DNA of 64,000 bases from Felis catus. Lineage: Eukaryota. Within the stretch, counting starts at the first letter, position 1; each line of letters opens with the position of its first letter. The position numbers were made by a program, and so were the translations under genes. The DNA lies in NCBI RefSeq assembly GCF_018350175.1, contig NC_058368.1, positions 218,304,001 through 218,368,000 on the forward strand. Direction: 5' to 3'. The notes under the pieces were generated by a model. The model worked only from the letters and a program-made list of their open reading frames with translations, did not search any database and was not told the origin of the DNA. Below, in pieces: positions 25,425 to 36,589 of this stretch.

Positions 25425-26318
25425 ATGACCAAGCGGAAGAATTCCCCTCAGAAGAATCTCCAGGAAATAACAACAGCTAATGAGCTGATCAAAAAGGATT
25501 TAAATAATATAACAGAAAGTGAATTTAGAATAATAGTCATAAAATTAATCGCTGGGCTTGAAAACAGTATACAGGACAGCAGAGAATCTCTTGCTACAGA
25601 GATCAAGGGACTAAGGAACAGTCACGAGGAGCTGAAAAACGCTTTAAACGAAATGCATAACAAAATGGAAACCACCACGGCTCGGATTGAAGAGGCAGAG
25701 GAGAGAATAGGTGAATTAGAAGATAAAGTTATGGAAAAAGAGGAAGCTGAGAAAAAGAGAGATAAAAAAATCCAGGAGTATGAGGGAAAAATTAAAGAAC
25801 TAAGTGATACACTAAAAAGAAATAATATACGCATAATTGGTATCCCAGAGGAGGAAGAGAGAGGGAAAGGTGCTGAAGGGGTACTTGAAGAAATAATAGC
25901 TGAGAACTTCCCTGAACTGGGGAAGGAAAAAGGCATTGAAATCCAAGAGGCACAGAGAACTCCCTTCAGACATAACTTGAATCGATCTTCTGCACGACAT
26001 ATCATAGTGAAACTGGCAAAATACAAGGATAAAGAGAAAATTCTGAAAGCAGCAAGGGGTAAACGTGCCCTCACATATAAAGGGAGACCTATAAGACTCG
26101 TGACTGATCTCTCTTTTGAAACTTGGCAGGCCAGAAAGAATTGGCACGAGATTTTCAGGGTGCTAGACAGAAAAAATATGCAGCCGAGAATCCTTTATCC
26201 AGCAAGTCTGTCATTTAGAATAGAAGGGGAGATAAAGGTCTTCCCAAACAAACAAAAACTGAAGGAATTTGTCACCACTAAACCAGCCCTACAAGAGATC
26301 CTAAGGGGGACCCTGTGA
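25425..26318 (+). CDS. ORF1: LINE-1 ORF1p (RNA-binding chaperone), intact, 297 aa
   Basis: ATG at 25425 (MTKRKNSPQK), coiled-coil, RNNIRIIGIPE, RHIIVK, YPASLSF motifs; no stops. Confidence 0.93.
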   Translation: MTKRKNSPQKNLQEITTANELIKKDLNNITESEFRIIVIKLIAGLENSIQDSRESLATEIKGLRNSHEELKNALNEMHNKMETTTARIEEAEERIGELEDKVMEKEEAEKKRDKKIQEYEGKIKELSDTLKRNNIRIIGIPEEEERGKGAEGVLEEIIAENFPELGKEKGIEIQEAQRTPFRHNLNRSSARHIIVKLAKYKDKEKILKAARGKRALTYKGRPIRLVTDLSFETWQARKNWHEIFRVLDRKNMQPRILYPASLSFRIEGEIKVFPNKQKLKEFVTTKPALQEILRGTL

Positions 26319-26368
26319 GACAAAGTCCCAGAGACATCACGACAAGCATAAAACATAGAGACATCACA

Positions 26369-29300
26369 ATGACTCTAAACCCGTATCTTTCTATAATAAC
26401 ACTGAATGTAAATGGATTAAATGCGCCAACCAAAAGACATAGGGTATCAGAATGGATAAAAAAACAAGACCCATCTATTTGCTGTCTACAAGAGACTCAT
26501 TTTAGACCTGAGGACACCTTTAGATTGAGAGTGAGGGGATGGAGAACTATTTATCATGCGACTGGAAGCCAAAAGAAAGCTGGAGTAGCCATACTTATAT
26601 CAGACAAACTAGACTTTAAAGTAAAGGCTGTAACAAGAGATGAAGAAGGACATTATATAATAGTTACAGGGTCTATCCATCAGGAAGAGCTAACAATTAT
26701 AAATGTCTATGCGCTGAATACTGGAGCTCCCAAATATATAAAACAATTACTCATAAACATAAGCAACCTTATTGATAAGAATGTGGTAATTGCAGGGACT
26801 TTAACACCCCACTTGCAGAAATGGACAGATCATCTAGACACACGGTCAATAAAGAAACAAGGGCCCTGAATGAGACATTGGATCAGATGGACTTGACAGA
26901 TATATTTAGAACTCTGCATCCCAAAGCAACAGAATATACTTTCTTCTCGAGTGCACATGGAACATTCTCCAAGATAGATCATATACTGGGTCACAAAACA
27001 GCCCTTCATAAGTTTACAAGAATTGAAATTATACCATGCATACTTTCAGACCACAATGCTATGAAGCTTGAAATCAACCACAGAAAAAAGTCTGGAAAAC
27101 CTCCAAAGGCATAGAGGTTAAAGAACACCCTACTAAAGAATGAATGGGTCAACCAGGCAATTAGAGAAGAAATTAAAAAATATATGGAAACAAACGAAAA
27201 TGAAAATACAACAATCCAAATGCTTTGGGACACAGCGAAGGCAGTCCTGAGAGGAAAATGCATTGCAATCCAGGCCTATCTCAAGAAACAAGAAAAATCC
27301 CAAATACAAAATCTAACAGCACACCTAAAGGAACTAGAAGCAGAACAGAAAAGGCAGCCTAAACCCAGCAGAAGAAGAGAAATAATAAAGATCAGAGCAG
27401 AAATAAACAATATAGAATCTAAAAAAACTGTAGAGCAGATCAACGAAACCAAGAGTTGGTTTTTTGAAAAAATAAACAAAATTGACAAACCTCTAGCCAG
27501 GCTTCTCAAAAAGAAAAGGGAGATGACCCAAATAGATAAAATCATAAATGAAAATGGAATTATTGCAACCAATCCCTCAGAGATACAAACAAGTATCAGG
27601 GAATACTATGAAAAATTATATGCCAACAAATTGGACAACCTGGAAGAAATGGACAAATTCCTGAACACCCACACTCTTCCAAAACTCAATCAGGAGGAAA
27701 TAGAAAGCTTGAACAGACCCATAACCAACGAAGAAATTGAATCGGTTATCAAAAATCTCCCAACAAATAAGAGTCCAGGACCAGATGGCTTCCCAGGGGA
27801 GTTCTACCAGACGTTTAAAGTAGAGATAATACCTATCCTTCTCAAGCTATTCCGAGAAATAGAAGGGAAGGAAAACTTCCAGACTCATTCTATGAAGCCA
27901 GTATTACTTTGATTCCTAAACCAGACAGAGACCCAGTAAAAAAAGAGAACTACAGGCCAATATCCCTGATGAATATGGATGCAAAAATTCTCAATAAGAT
28001 ACTAGCAAATCGAATTCAACAGCATATAAAAAGAATTATTCACCATGATCAAGTGGGATTCATTCCTGGGATGCAGGGCTGGTTCAACATTCGCAAATCA
28101 ATCAACGTGATACATCACATTAACAAAAAAAAAAGAGAAGAACCATATGATCCTGTCAATCGATGCAGAAAAGGCCTTTGACAAAATCCAGCACCCTTTG
28201 TTAATAAAAACCCTTGAGAAAGTCGGGATAGAAGGAACATACTTAAAGACCATGAAAACCATTTATGAAAAGCCCACAGCTAACATCATCCTCAACGGGG
28301 AAAAACTGAGAGCTTTTTCCCTGAGATCAGGAACACGACAGGGATGCCCACTCTCACCGCTGCTGTTTAACATAGTGCTGGAAGTTCTAGCATCAGCAAT
28401 CAGACAACAAAAGGAAATCAAAGGCATCAAAATTGGCAAAGATGAAGTCAAGCTTTCACTTTTTGCAGATGACATGATATTATACATGGAAAATCCGATA
28501 GACTCCACCAAAAGTCTGCTAGAACTGATACATGAATTCAGCAAAGTTGCAGGATACAAAATCAATGTACAGAAATCAGTTGCATTCTTATACACTAACA
28601 ATGAAGCAACAGAAAGACAAATAAAGAAACTGATCCATTCACAATTGCATCAAGAAGCATAAAATACCTAGGAATAAATCTAACCAAAGATGTAAAGGAT
28701 CTGTATGCTGAAAACTATAGAAAGCTTATGAAGGAAATTGAAGAAGATTTAAAAAAATGAAAAGACATTCCCTGCTCGTGGATTGGAAAAATAAATATTG
28801 TCAAAATGTCAATACTACCCAAAGCTATCTACACATTCAATGCAATCCCAATCAAAATTGCACCAGCATTCTTCTTGAAACTAGAACAAGCAATCCTAAA
28901 ATTCATATGGAACCACAAAAGGCCCCGATTAGCCAAAGGAATTTTGAAGAAGAAGACTAAAGCAGGAGGCATCACAATCCCAGACTTTAGCCTCTACTAC
29001 AAAGCTGTCATCATGAAGACAGCATGGTATTGGCACAAAAACAGACACATAGACCAATGGAATAGAATAGAAACCCCAGAACTAGACCCACAAACGTATG
29101 GCCAACTCATCTTTGACAAAGTAGGAAAGAACATCCAAAGGAAAAAAGACAGCCTCTTTAACGAATGGTGCTGGGAGAACTGGGCAGCAACATGCAGAAG
29201 GTTGAAACTAGACCACTTTCTGAACACCATTCACAAAAATAAACTCCAAATGGATAAAGGACCTGAATGTGAGACAGGAAGCCATCAAAACCTTAGAGGA

Positions 29301-30191
29301 GAAAGCAGGAAAAGACCTCTCTGACCTCAGCCATAGCAATCTCTTACTTGACACATCCCTAAAGGCAAGGGAATCAAAAGCAAAAGTGAATTACTGGGAC
29401 CTTATGAAGATAAAAAGCTTCTGCAGAGCAAAGGAAACAACCAACAAAACTAAAAGGCAACCAACGGAATGGGAAAAGATATTTGCAAATGACATATCGG
29501 ACAAAGGGCTATTATCCAAAATCTATAAAGAGCTCACCAAACTCCACACCCGAAAAACAAATAACCCAGTGAAGAAATGGGCAGAAAACATGAATAGATA
29601 CTTCTCTAAAGAAGACATCCGGATGGCCAACAGGCACATGAAAAGATGTTCAGCGTCGCTCCTCTTCAGGGAAATACAAATCAAAACCACACTCAGGTAT
29701 CACCTCACGCCAGTCAGAGTGGCCAAAATGAACCAATCAGGAGACTATAGATGCTGGAGAGGATGTGGAGAAACGGGAACCCTCTTGCACTGTTGGTGGA
29801 AATGCAAATTGGTGCAGCCGCTCTGGAAAGTAGTGTGGAGGTTCCTCAGAAAATTAAAAATAGACCTACCCTATGACCCAGCAATAGCACTGCTAGGAAT
29901 TTATCCAAGGGATACAGGAGTACTGATGCATAGGGCCACTTGTACCCCAATGTTCATAGCAGCACTCTCAACAATAGCCAAATTATGGAAAGAGCCTAAA
30001 TGTCCATCAACTGATGAATGGATAAAGAAATTGTGGTTTTATACACAATGGAATACTACGTGGCAATGAGAAAAAATGAAATATGGCCTTTTGTAGCAAC
30101 GTGGATGGAACTGGAGAGTGTGATGCTAAGTGAAATAAGCCATACAGAGAAAGACAGATACCATATGGTTTCACTCTTATGTGGATCCTGA
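26369..30191 (+). pseudogene. ORF2: LINE-1 ORF2p (endonuclease/reverse transcriptase), disrupted
   Basis: [42 protein letters not shown] motifs; frameshifts ~26796, 27863, 28130, 28635, 29223, 30040; stops at 27112 and 28758. Confidence 0.96.
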
Positions 30192-30304
30192 GAAACTTAA
30201 CAGGAACACATGGGGGCGGGGAAGGAAAAAAAAAAAGAGGTTAGAGTGGGAGAGAGCCAAAGCATAAGAGACTGTTAAAAACTGAGAACAAACTGAGGGT
30301 TGAT

Positions 30305-30338
30305 GGGGGGTGGGAGGGAGGGGAGGGTGGGTGATGGG
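30305..30338 (+). other. G-rich tract in L1 3'UTR, potential G-quadruplex
   Basis: GGGGGGTGGGAGGGAGGGGAGGGTGGGTGATGGG. Confidence 0.75.
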
Positions 30339-30694
30339 TATTGAAGAGGGCACCTTTTGGGATGAGCACTGGGTGTTGTATGGAAACCAATTTGACAATA
30401 AATTTCATATATAAAATAAAAAATATATATATATATATTCTTAATATCTGACAAAGGAAATGTGTCTAAAACAATAACTGATAGACTTGACAAAACTGAT
30501 TTGACAAATCGTACATATTATATCCCATGAAATATAAAATAACCATGGAACGTTTAGACATGATGATCTTTTATTTCACCAAGACAATCTCCATAGATCA
30601 AATTTATAGTGTGTTGTTTACAAAGTCATGTCACAAAATGCAAATTTTAAAAATAAAAATTTAATTCATAAAATGAATTTTCAACCATATTTTA

Positions 30695-30900
30695 TTTTAT
30701 TTTTAAAGTTTATTTATTTTGAGAGAAAGACAAAGTGTGCAAACATAGGAGGGACAGAGAGAAGGAGAGAAAGAATCTCAAGCAGTCTTCGAGCAGTCAG
30801 TGCAGAGCCCCACATAGGGCTTGAACTCACAAACTGTGAGATCATGACCTGAGCCAAGATTGAGTCAGGTGCTTAACTGACTGAGCCACCCAGGTGCCCC
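30695..30900 (-). mobile_element. Can-SINE
   Basis: Near-identical 19-bp TSD at 30676-30694 and 30901-30919. Confidence 0.95.
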
Positions 30901-31274
30901 ATTTTTCATCCATATTTTAAAGATTAAATTGCATTTAACTAAAATTAACTAAAATAGGAATATTCCCATTAAATGAAGATTAAAGCAAAAATTAGAGGTA
31001 CTGCCATATTATTTATTCAATTCCATACAGTAATATAAAAGTGAATACAAGTGAGAAATATTAGCAATGGTGAAAATGCCATGTCCAAGTACAATTATGA
31101 TTTTTTCCCTGTAATCCAAGAGAATGATTTTGATAGAAACATTTAACATTACATTATTAATTCTTCTACAAACATTCTCAATTATTACACAAACAAAAAT
31201 TCCAAAAAACCTAATTATACCTAATTTTAATAGTTATTGGGTAATGAAATATTATGTTATAGACGTTTGTATTT

Positions 31275-31399
31275 GGGGGCACCTGGGTGGGTCAGTTGGT
31301 TAAGTGTCTAATTCCTGGTTTCAGCTCAGGTCATGATCTCATGGTTTGTGAGTTCAGGCCCCATGTTGGGCTCTGCACTGACAGTGTGGAATCTGCTTG

Positions 31400-31449
<50 letters not shown>

Positions 31450-31490
31450 CCTCTCATGCACTCTCAAAATAAATAGATATACTTAATAAA
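31275..31490 (+). mobile_element. Can-SINE with long (CT)n
   Basis: gggggcacctgggtgggtcagttgg head, (CT)n, A-tail. Confidence 0.95.
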
Positions 31491-31619
31491 AAAGTTTATA
31501 TTCTGATGAGGAGACAGTAGGGAATAAAACCAGATAATACAAGGTCCTAAGTATATCAGTGGGGAGTAGATTCTGAATATAGTTAGAAAGAGAAGGTTTA
31601 CTCAATATGAAAAAAATAC

Positions 31620-31621
<2 letters not shown>

Positions 31622-31663
<42 letters not shown>
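31622..31663. repeat. (CA)n microsatellite
   Basis: Read directly from sequence. Confidence 0.97.
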
Positions 31664-31668
<5 letters not shown>

Positions 31669-32059
31669 CTTAACAGTAAAGAAGAAAGAAAAAATGTGAA
31701 ATGAGGTGACATTATAGGGTATATGACAAAACATGGTGGGAAAGTACAAATATGTCAAAATGTGCCTATATACACACATTGCTTCTATCAGATATATGTT
31801 GACGGTGGAATATCATCACAGAATTACAAGAAAAATATAGAATAAACTAGATTGGTGAATTTAATTTAATTTAATTAATTGTTTTGGTGGAGTTAAGTTT
31901 TAAAAAAAATCACAGGAAAAAGCAAATAATTTCTATATATATTGAAAATTTACATATATAAATTTATTATTGTTGTAAAAAATGCTACCTACTTATTGTT
32001 GCTGTAAAACATAAATACATATATCAATTTTTACATATATCAATTCTTATTGTTGCTGT

Positions 32060-32502
32060 AAAAATGATACATACTTATTTTTGCTGTGAAAAAATACTAC
32101 AAACTCAGTGGCTTTAAGTAACACCACTTTATTATTTCAGTCTTGGCTTTCAGAACTGTGAAATAGATGGGCAGGACTATGCTCCTTTTGGAGGTGCTAG
32201 GAGAGAATCTATTCCTTAGCTTTTTCTAGGTTCTGGAGGCTGACATTCCTTGACTTCTGGGTCTGCACCAATCTGACATTCGTTTTGGTCATCACCTCTC
32301 TGACTTTGAAATTCCTGCCTCTATCTTCTAAATAACCTTTTGATTGGATCAGGCCCACCCAAATAAGTCAAAATAACTTCCCCATCTCAAAATCATTAAC
32401 TTAATCACACCTGCAATATCCCTTTTGCCATGTAAGGTAGACATATTCACAGATTTAGAGAAATAGGATGTGGACATCTTAGGGGACTTTTATTCTACCC
32501 AC
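32060..32502 (-). mobile_element. MaLR LTR (MLT1C/D-like)
   Basis: tactacaaactcagtggcttt...cccatctcaaaatcattaacttaatcacacctgcaa...aggatgtggacatctt. Confidence 0.85.
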
Positions 32503-33556
32503 AATACATACAAAAAATAAGCAAAAATACCACAATTAAGACATAAGTGCTCTATATGGTGTCTAAAAGAGACTCACTTTAGAACTAAAGATACCTACAA
32601 ATTGTAAGTGAGGGGTGGAGAATGATTTGTCATGCAAAGAGACATCAAATGAAAGCCAGAGTAGCCATACTTATATCAGAAAAACTAGATTTTAAAACAA
32701 AGACTGTAACAAGAGAGGAAGAAGGACACTATATCATAATAAAGGGGTCTCTCCAACAACACAATCTAACAATTGTAAATATTTATGCCCCCACCTGAAA
32801 CACTGAATTATATAAAACAATAACAAACAAAAGGGAACTCATTGATAATAATATGATTATAGTACGGGACTTTAACATCCCACTTAACAGTGATGGACAG
32901 ACCATCCACACAGAAAATCAAGGAAACAATGGCTTTGAATGACACACTGGACTAGATGGAATTAACATATATTCAGAACATTTCATTCTAAAGCAGCAGA
33001 ATTCACATTCTTCTCGAGTGCACATGGAACGTCCTCCAGAATAGATCATATTCTGGGTCACAAATCAGCCCTAAACAAGTACAAAAAGATCAAAACCATA
33101 CCATGCATATTTTCAGACCACATGGTATGAAACTTGGAAGTCAACTGCAAGAAAAAAATTGGAAAGGACACAAATACATGGAGGTTAAAGAACATCCTAC
33201 AAAAGCATGAATGGGTCAACCAGGAAATTAAAGAATACATTTAAAAAATACATGGAAACAAGTGAGAATGAAAATATGATGGTTCAAAATCTTTGGGATG
33301 TAGCAAAGTCAGTCACAAGAGGGAAGTATACAGTGATACAGGCCTACCTCAAGAGGTGAGGAAAATCTCAATAAACAACCTGACCTTACACCTAAAGGAG
33401 CTAGAAAAAGAAACATAAATGAAACCTAAAGCCAGAAGAAGAAGGGGAATAATAAAGATTACAATAGAAATAAATGATATAGAAACAAAAACAAACCCTA
33501 GTAGAATAGATCAATGAAACTAGAAACTGGTTTGGTGAAAGAATAAATAAAATTGA

Positions 33557-33782
33557 GGGGTACATGGATGGCTCAGTTGGTTAAGCATCTGACTTCAGCC
33601 AGGTCATGCTCTCATGGCTCATGAATTCGAGCCCCATGTCAGGCTCTGTGCTGAGAGATCAGAGCCTGGAGCCTGCTTGGGATTCTGTGTCTCCCTGTCT
33701 CTCTCTGCCCCTCCCCTACTCACCCTCTCTCTCTCTCTCTCTCTCTCCTTCAAAAGTAAATAAACATTAAAAAGTTAAAAAA
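33557..33782 (+). mobile_element. Can-SINE nested in older L1
   Basis: 19-bp TSD aaagaataaataaaattga at 33538-33556 and 33783-33801. Confidence 0.97.
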
Positions 33783-34124
33783 AAAGAATAAATAAAATTG
33801 ATAAACCCAAGCCAGACTTATCAAAAAGAAAAGAGAATGGACCCAAATAAATAAAGTCATGAATGAGATAGGAGGGATCACAACCAATACAGCAATACAA
33901 ACAATATTAGGAAAATATTATGAAGTTATATGTCAACAGATTGGACAATCTGGAAGAAATGGACAAATTCCTAGAAGCATAAAACCTACAAAAACTGAAA
34001 CAGGAAGAAATAGAAAACATGAACAAACTGATAACCATGGAAAAATTTAATCAGCAATAAAAAGTCTCCCAAGAAACAAAAGTCCAAGGCAAGGTGACTT
34101 CTCTGGGGGATTCTACCAGACATT

Positions 34125-34305
34125 AAAAATTTTTTTTAAACATTTATTCATCTTTTGAGAGAGAGAGATTGAGACAGAATCCAAAGCAGGTTTCAGGCTC
34201 CGAGCTGTCAGCACAGAGCAGGACGTGGGGCTTGAACTCATGAACCGTGAGTTCATGACCTCGCTGAAGTCAGATGCTTACCCAACTGAGCCACCCAGGC
34301 ATCCC
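34125..34305 (-). mobile_element. Can-SINE nested in older L1
   Basis: TSD tctaccagacatt at 34112-34124 and 34306-34318. Confidence 0.95.
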
Positions 34306-35759
34306 TCTACCAGACATTTAAAGAAGAGGTAACACCTATTCTTCTCAAACTGTTCCCAAAAACAGAAATGGAAGGAAAACTTCCCACCCTATTCTACAAG
34401 GCCAGTATTACCTTGATTCCAAAACCAGATAAAGTCTCCATTAAAGAAGAGAATTATATGCCAATATCCCTGATGATCATGGATGCAAAAATTCTCAACA
34501 AGATCATAGCAAAAAGAACCCAACAATGCATTAAAAGAATCATTCACCACAGTCAAGTATGATTTATTCCTGGGTTGCAAGTTTGGTTGAAATTCTCAAA
34601 TCAATCAATGTGATATACTATAATAATAAAAATGTATCAGAACCATATCATCTTGTCAATAGATGCATAAAAAGCATTAGACAAAATACAGCATCAATTC
34701 TTGATAAAAACCCTCAACAAGGCGGTGATAGAAAGAACATATCTCAAAATTATAAAGGCCATGTACAAAAGACCCACAGCTAATACCACCCTCAATAGGG
34801 AAAAACTGAAAGCTTTTACTTTATGGTCAGAAAGAGAGGGGTTTCCACTATCACCATTATTATTTAACATAATACTTGACGTCCTAGTCTCAGCAATCAG
34901 GCAACAAAAAAATAAAAGGCATCAAAATCATCAAGGAAGAAGTCAAACTTTCACCATTTGCAGATTACATGATACTCCATGTAGAACACATGAAAGACTC
35001 CACCAAAAAAATTGCTAGAACTGATACATCAATTCAGAAAAGTCACAGGACAAAAAATCAATGAACAGAAATCTGTTTCATTTCTACACACCAATAATGA
35101 AGCAGCAGGAAGAGGAATCTAGGAATCAATCCCATTTACAATTGCATCTAAACCAGTAAGATAGTCTGGAATAAACCTAATCAAAGAGGTAAAATATCTG
35201 TAGTCTGAAAACCATAAAACATTTATGAAAGAAATTAAAGATGACGCTATGAAATGGAAAAACACTACATCCTCATGGATTAGAAGAAAAATATTGTTAA
35301 AATTTCTATACTACCCTAAAGAATGTACATATTTAATGAAATCCTTATAAAAAATACCACTAGCATTTTCACAGAGCTAGAACAGACAATTCTAAAATTT
35401 GTATGGAAGCACAAAATACCCCAAATAGCCAAAGCCATCTTAAAAAGGACAAGCCAAGTTGGAGGCATCACAATTCCAGACTTCAAGATATATTATCAAG
35501 CTGTAGTCATCAAGACAGTATTGTATTGGCACAACAAAACAGACATATAGATCAATGGAACAGAATAGAGAACCCAGAAATGAATCCACAACTGTGTGGT
35601 CAACTAATCTTCCACAAAGCAGGAAAGAATATCCAATGGAAAAAAGACAATCTCTTCAACAAATGTTTTTAGGAAAACTGGAAAGTAACATGTAGAAGAA
35701 ATAAACTTGACCACTTTCTTACACCATACACAAAAAATAAATTCAAAATGGATTAAAGA

Positions 35760-35867
35760 GGGGTGTTTGGCTGGCTCAGTCAGTACAGCATGCAGTTCTT
35801 AATCTCGAAGGCTGTGAGCTCAAGACCCATGCTGGGCATGGGGCCTACTTAAAATAAAAAAAAATTT
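35760..35867 (+). mobile_element. Short tRNA-like Can-SINE lacking the CT tract, nested in older L1
   Basis: tggctcagtcagta head, ~90-nt body plus A-tail; TSD aaa(t/c)ggattaaaga. Confidence 0.9.
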
Positions 35868-36492
35868 AAACGGATTAAAGACCTAAATGTGAGACAGGAA
35901 ACCATCATCATCCTAGAGGAAAACACATCCTAGAGGCAACAACCTCTTTGACCTCGGCTTTAGCTACTTCTTACTAGACATGTCTCCAGAGGCAAGGGAA
36001 ACACAAGCAAACATGAACTATTGGGACTACATCAAGATAAAATCTGCACAGTGGAGTAACCAATCAACAAAACTAAAAAGCAACCTTTGGAATGGGAAAA
36101 GTTATTTGCAAATTACATATCTGATAAAGGGTTAGTATCGAAAACCTATAAAGAACTTATAAAACTTTACACACACACACAAAACCAAATAACCCATTTA
36201 AAAATGGACAGGAGACATAAATAGACATTTTTCCAGAGAAGACATGCATATGGCTAACAGATACATGACGAGATGCTCAACATCCCTCATCATCAGGGAA
36301 TACAAATCAATACTAAATGAGATATCACCTGACACCTGTCACAATGGCTAAAATTAACAACACAAGAAACAGCAGATGTTGGTGAGGATGCAGAGAAAGG
36401 GAACCCTCTTACACTGTTGGAGAAAATGCAAACTAGAGCAGCTACTCTGGAATAGTATGGAGGTTCCTTTAAAAGTTAGAAATAGAAGTACC

Positions 36493-36534
36493 CTATCTCT
36501 CTATCTCTCTGTATCTATCTATCATCTATCTATC

Positions 36535-36589
<55 letters not shown>
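36493..36589. repeat. (CTAT)n tetranucleotide microsatellite
   Basis: Read directly from sequence. Confidence 0.97.

Larger units (their letters stand above)
24495..30417 (+). mobile_element. Full-length felid-type LINE-1 (L1_Fc-like), retrotransposition-defective
   Basis: 5'UTR, ORF1, ORF2, 3'UTR, AATAAA 30397-30402; TSD aaaaaa(ta)nttc at 24478-24494 and 30418-30440; TTT/AAAA endonuclease site. Confidence 0.98.

Noticed and set aside
25622..29230. Antisense ORFs over L1 ORF1/ORF2 (e.g. 25622-26074, 28263-28601)
   Set aside because: Shadow frames of A-rich L1 coding sequence with no independent features.
35760..35850. tRNA-like sequence
   Set aside because: It has an A-tail, a TSD and degenerate stems, so it is a SINE rather than a tRNA gene.
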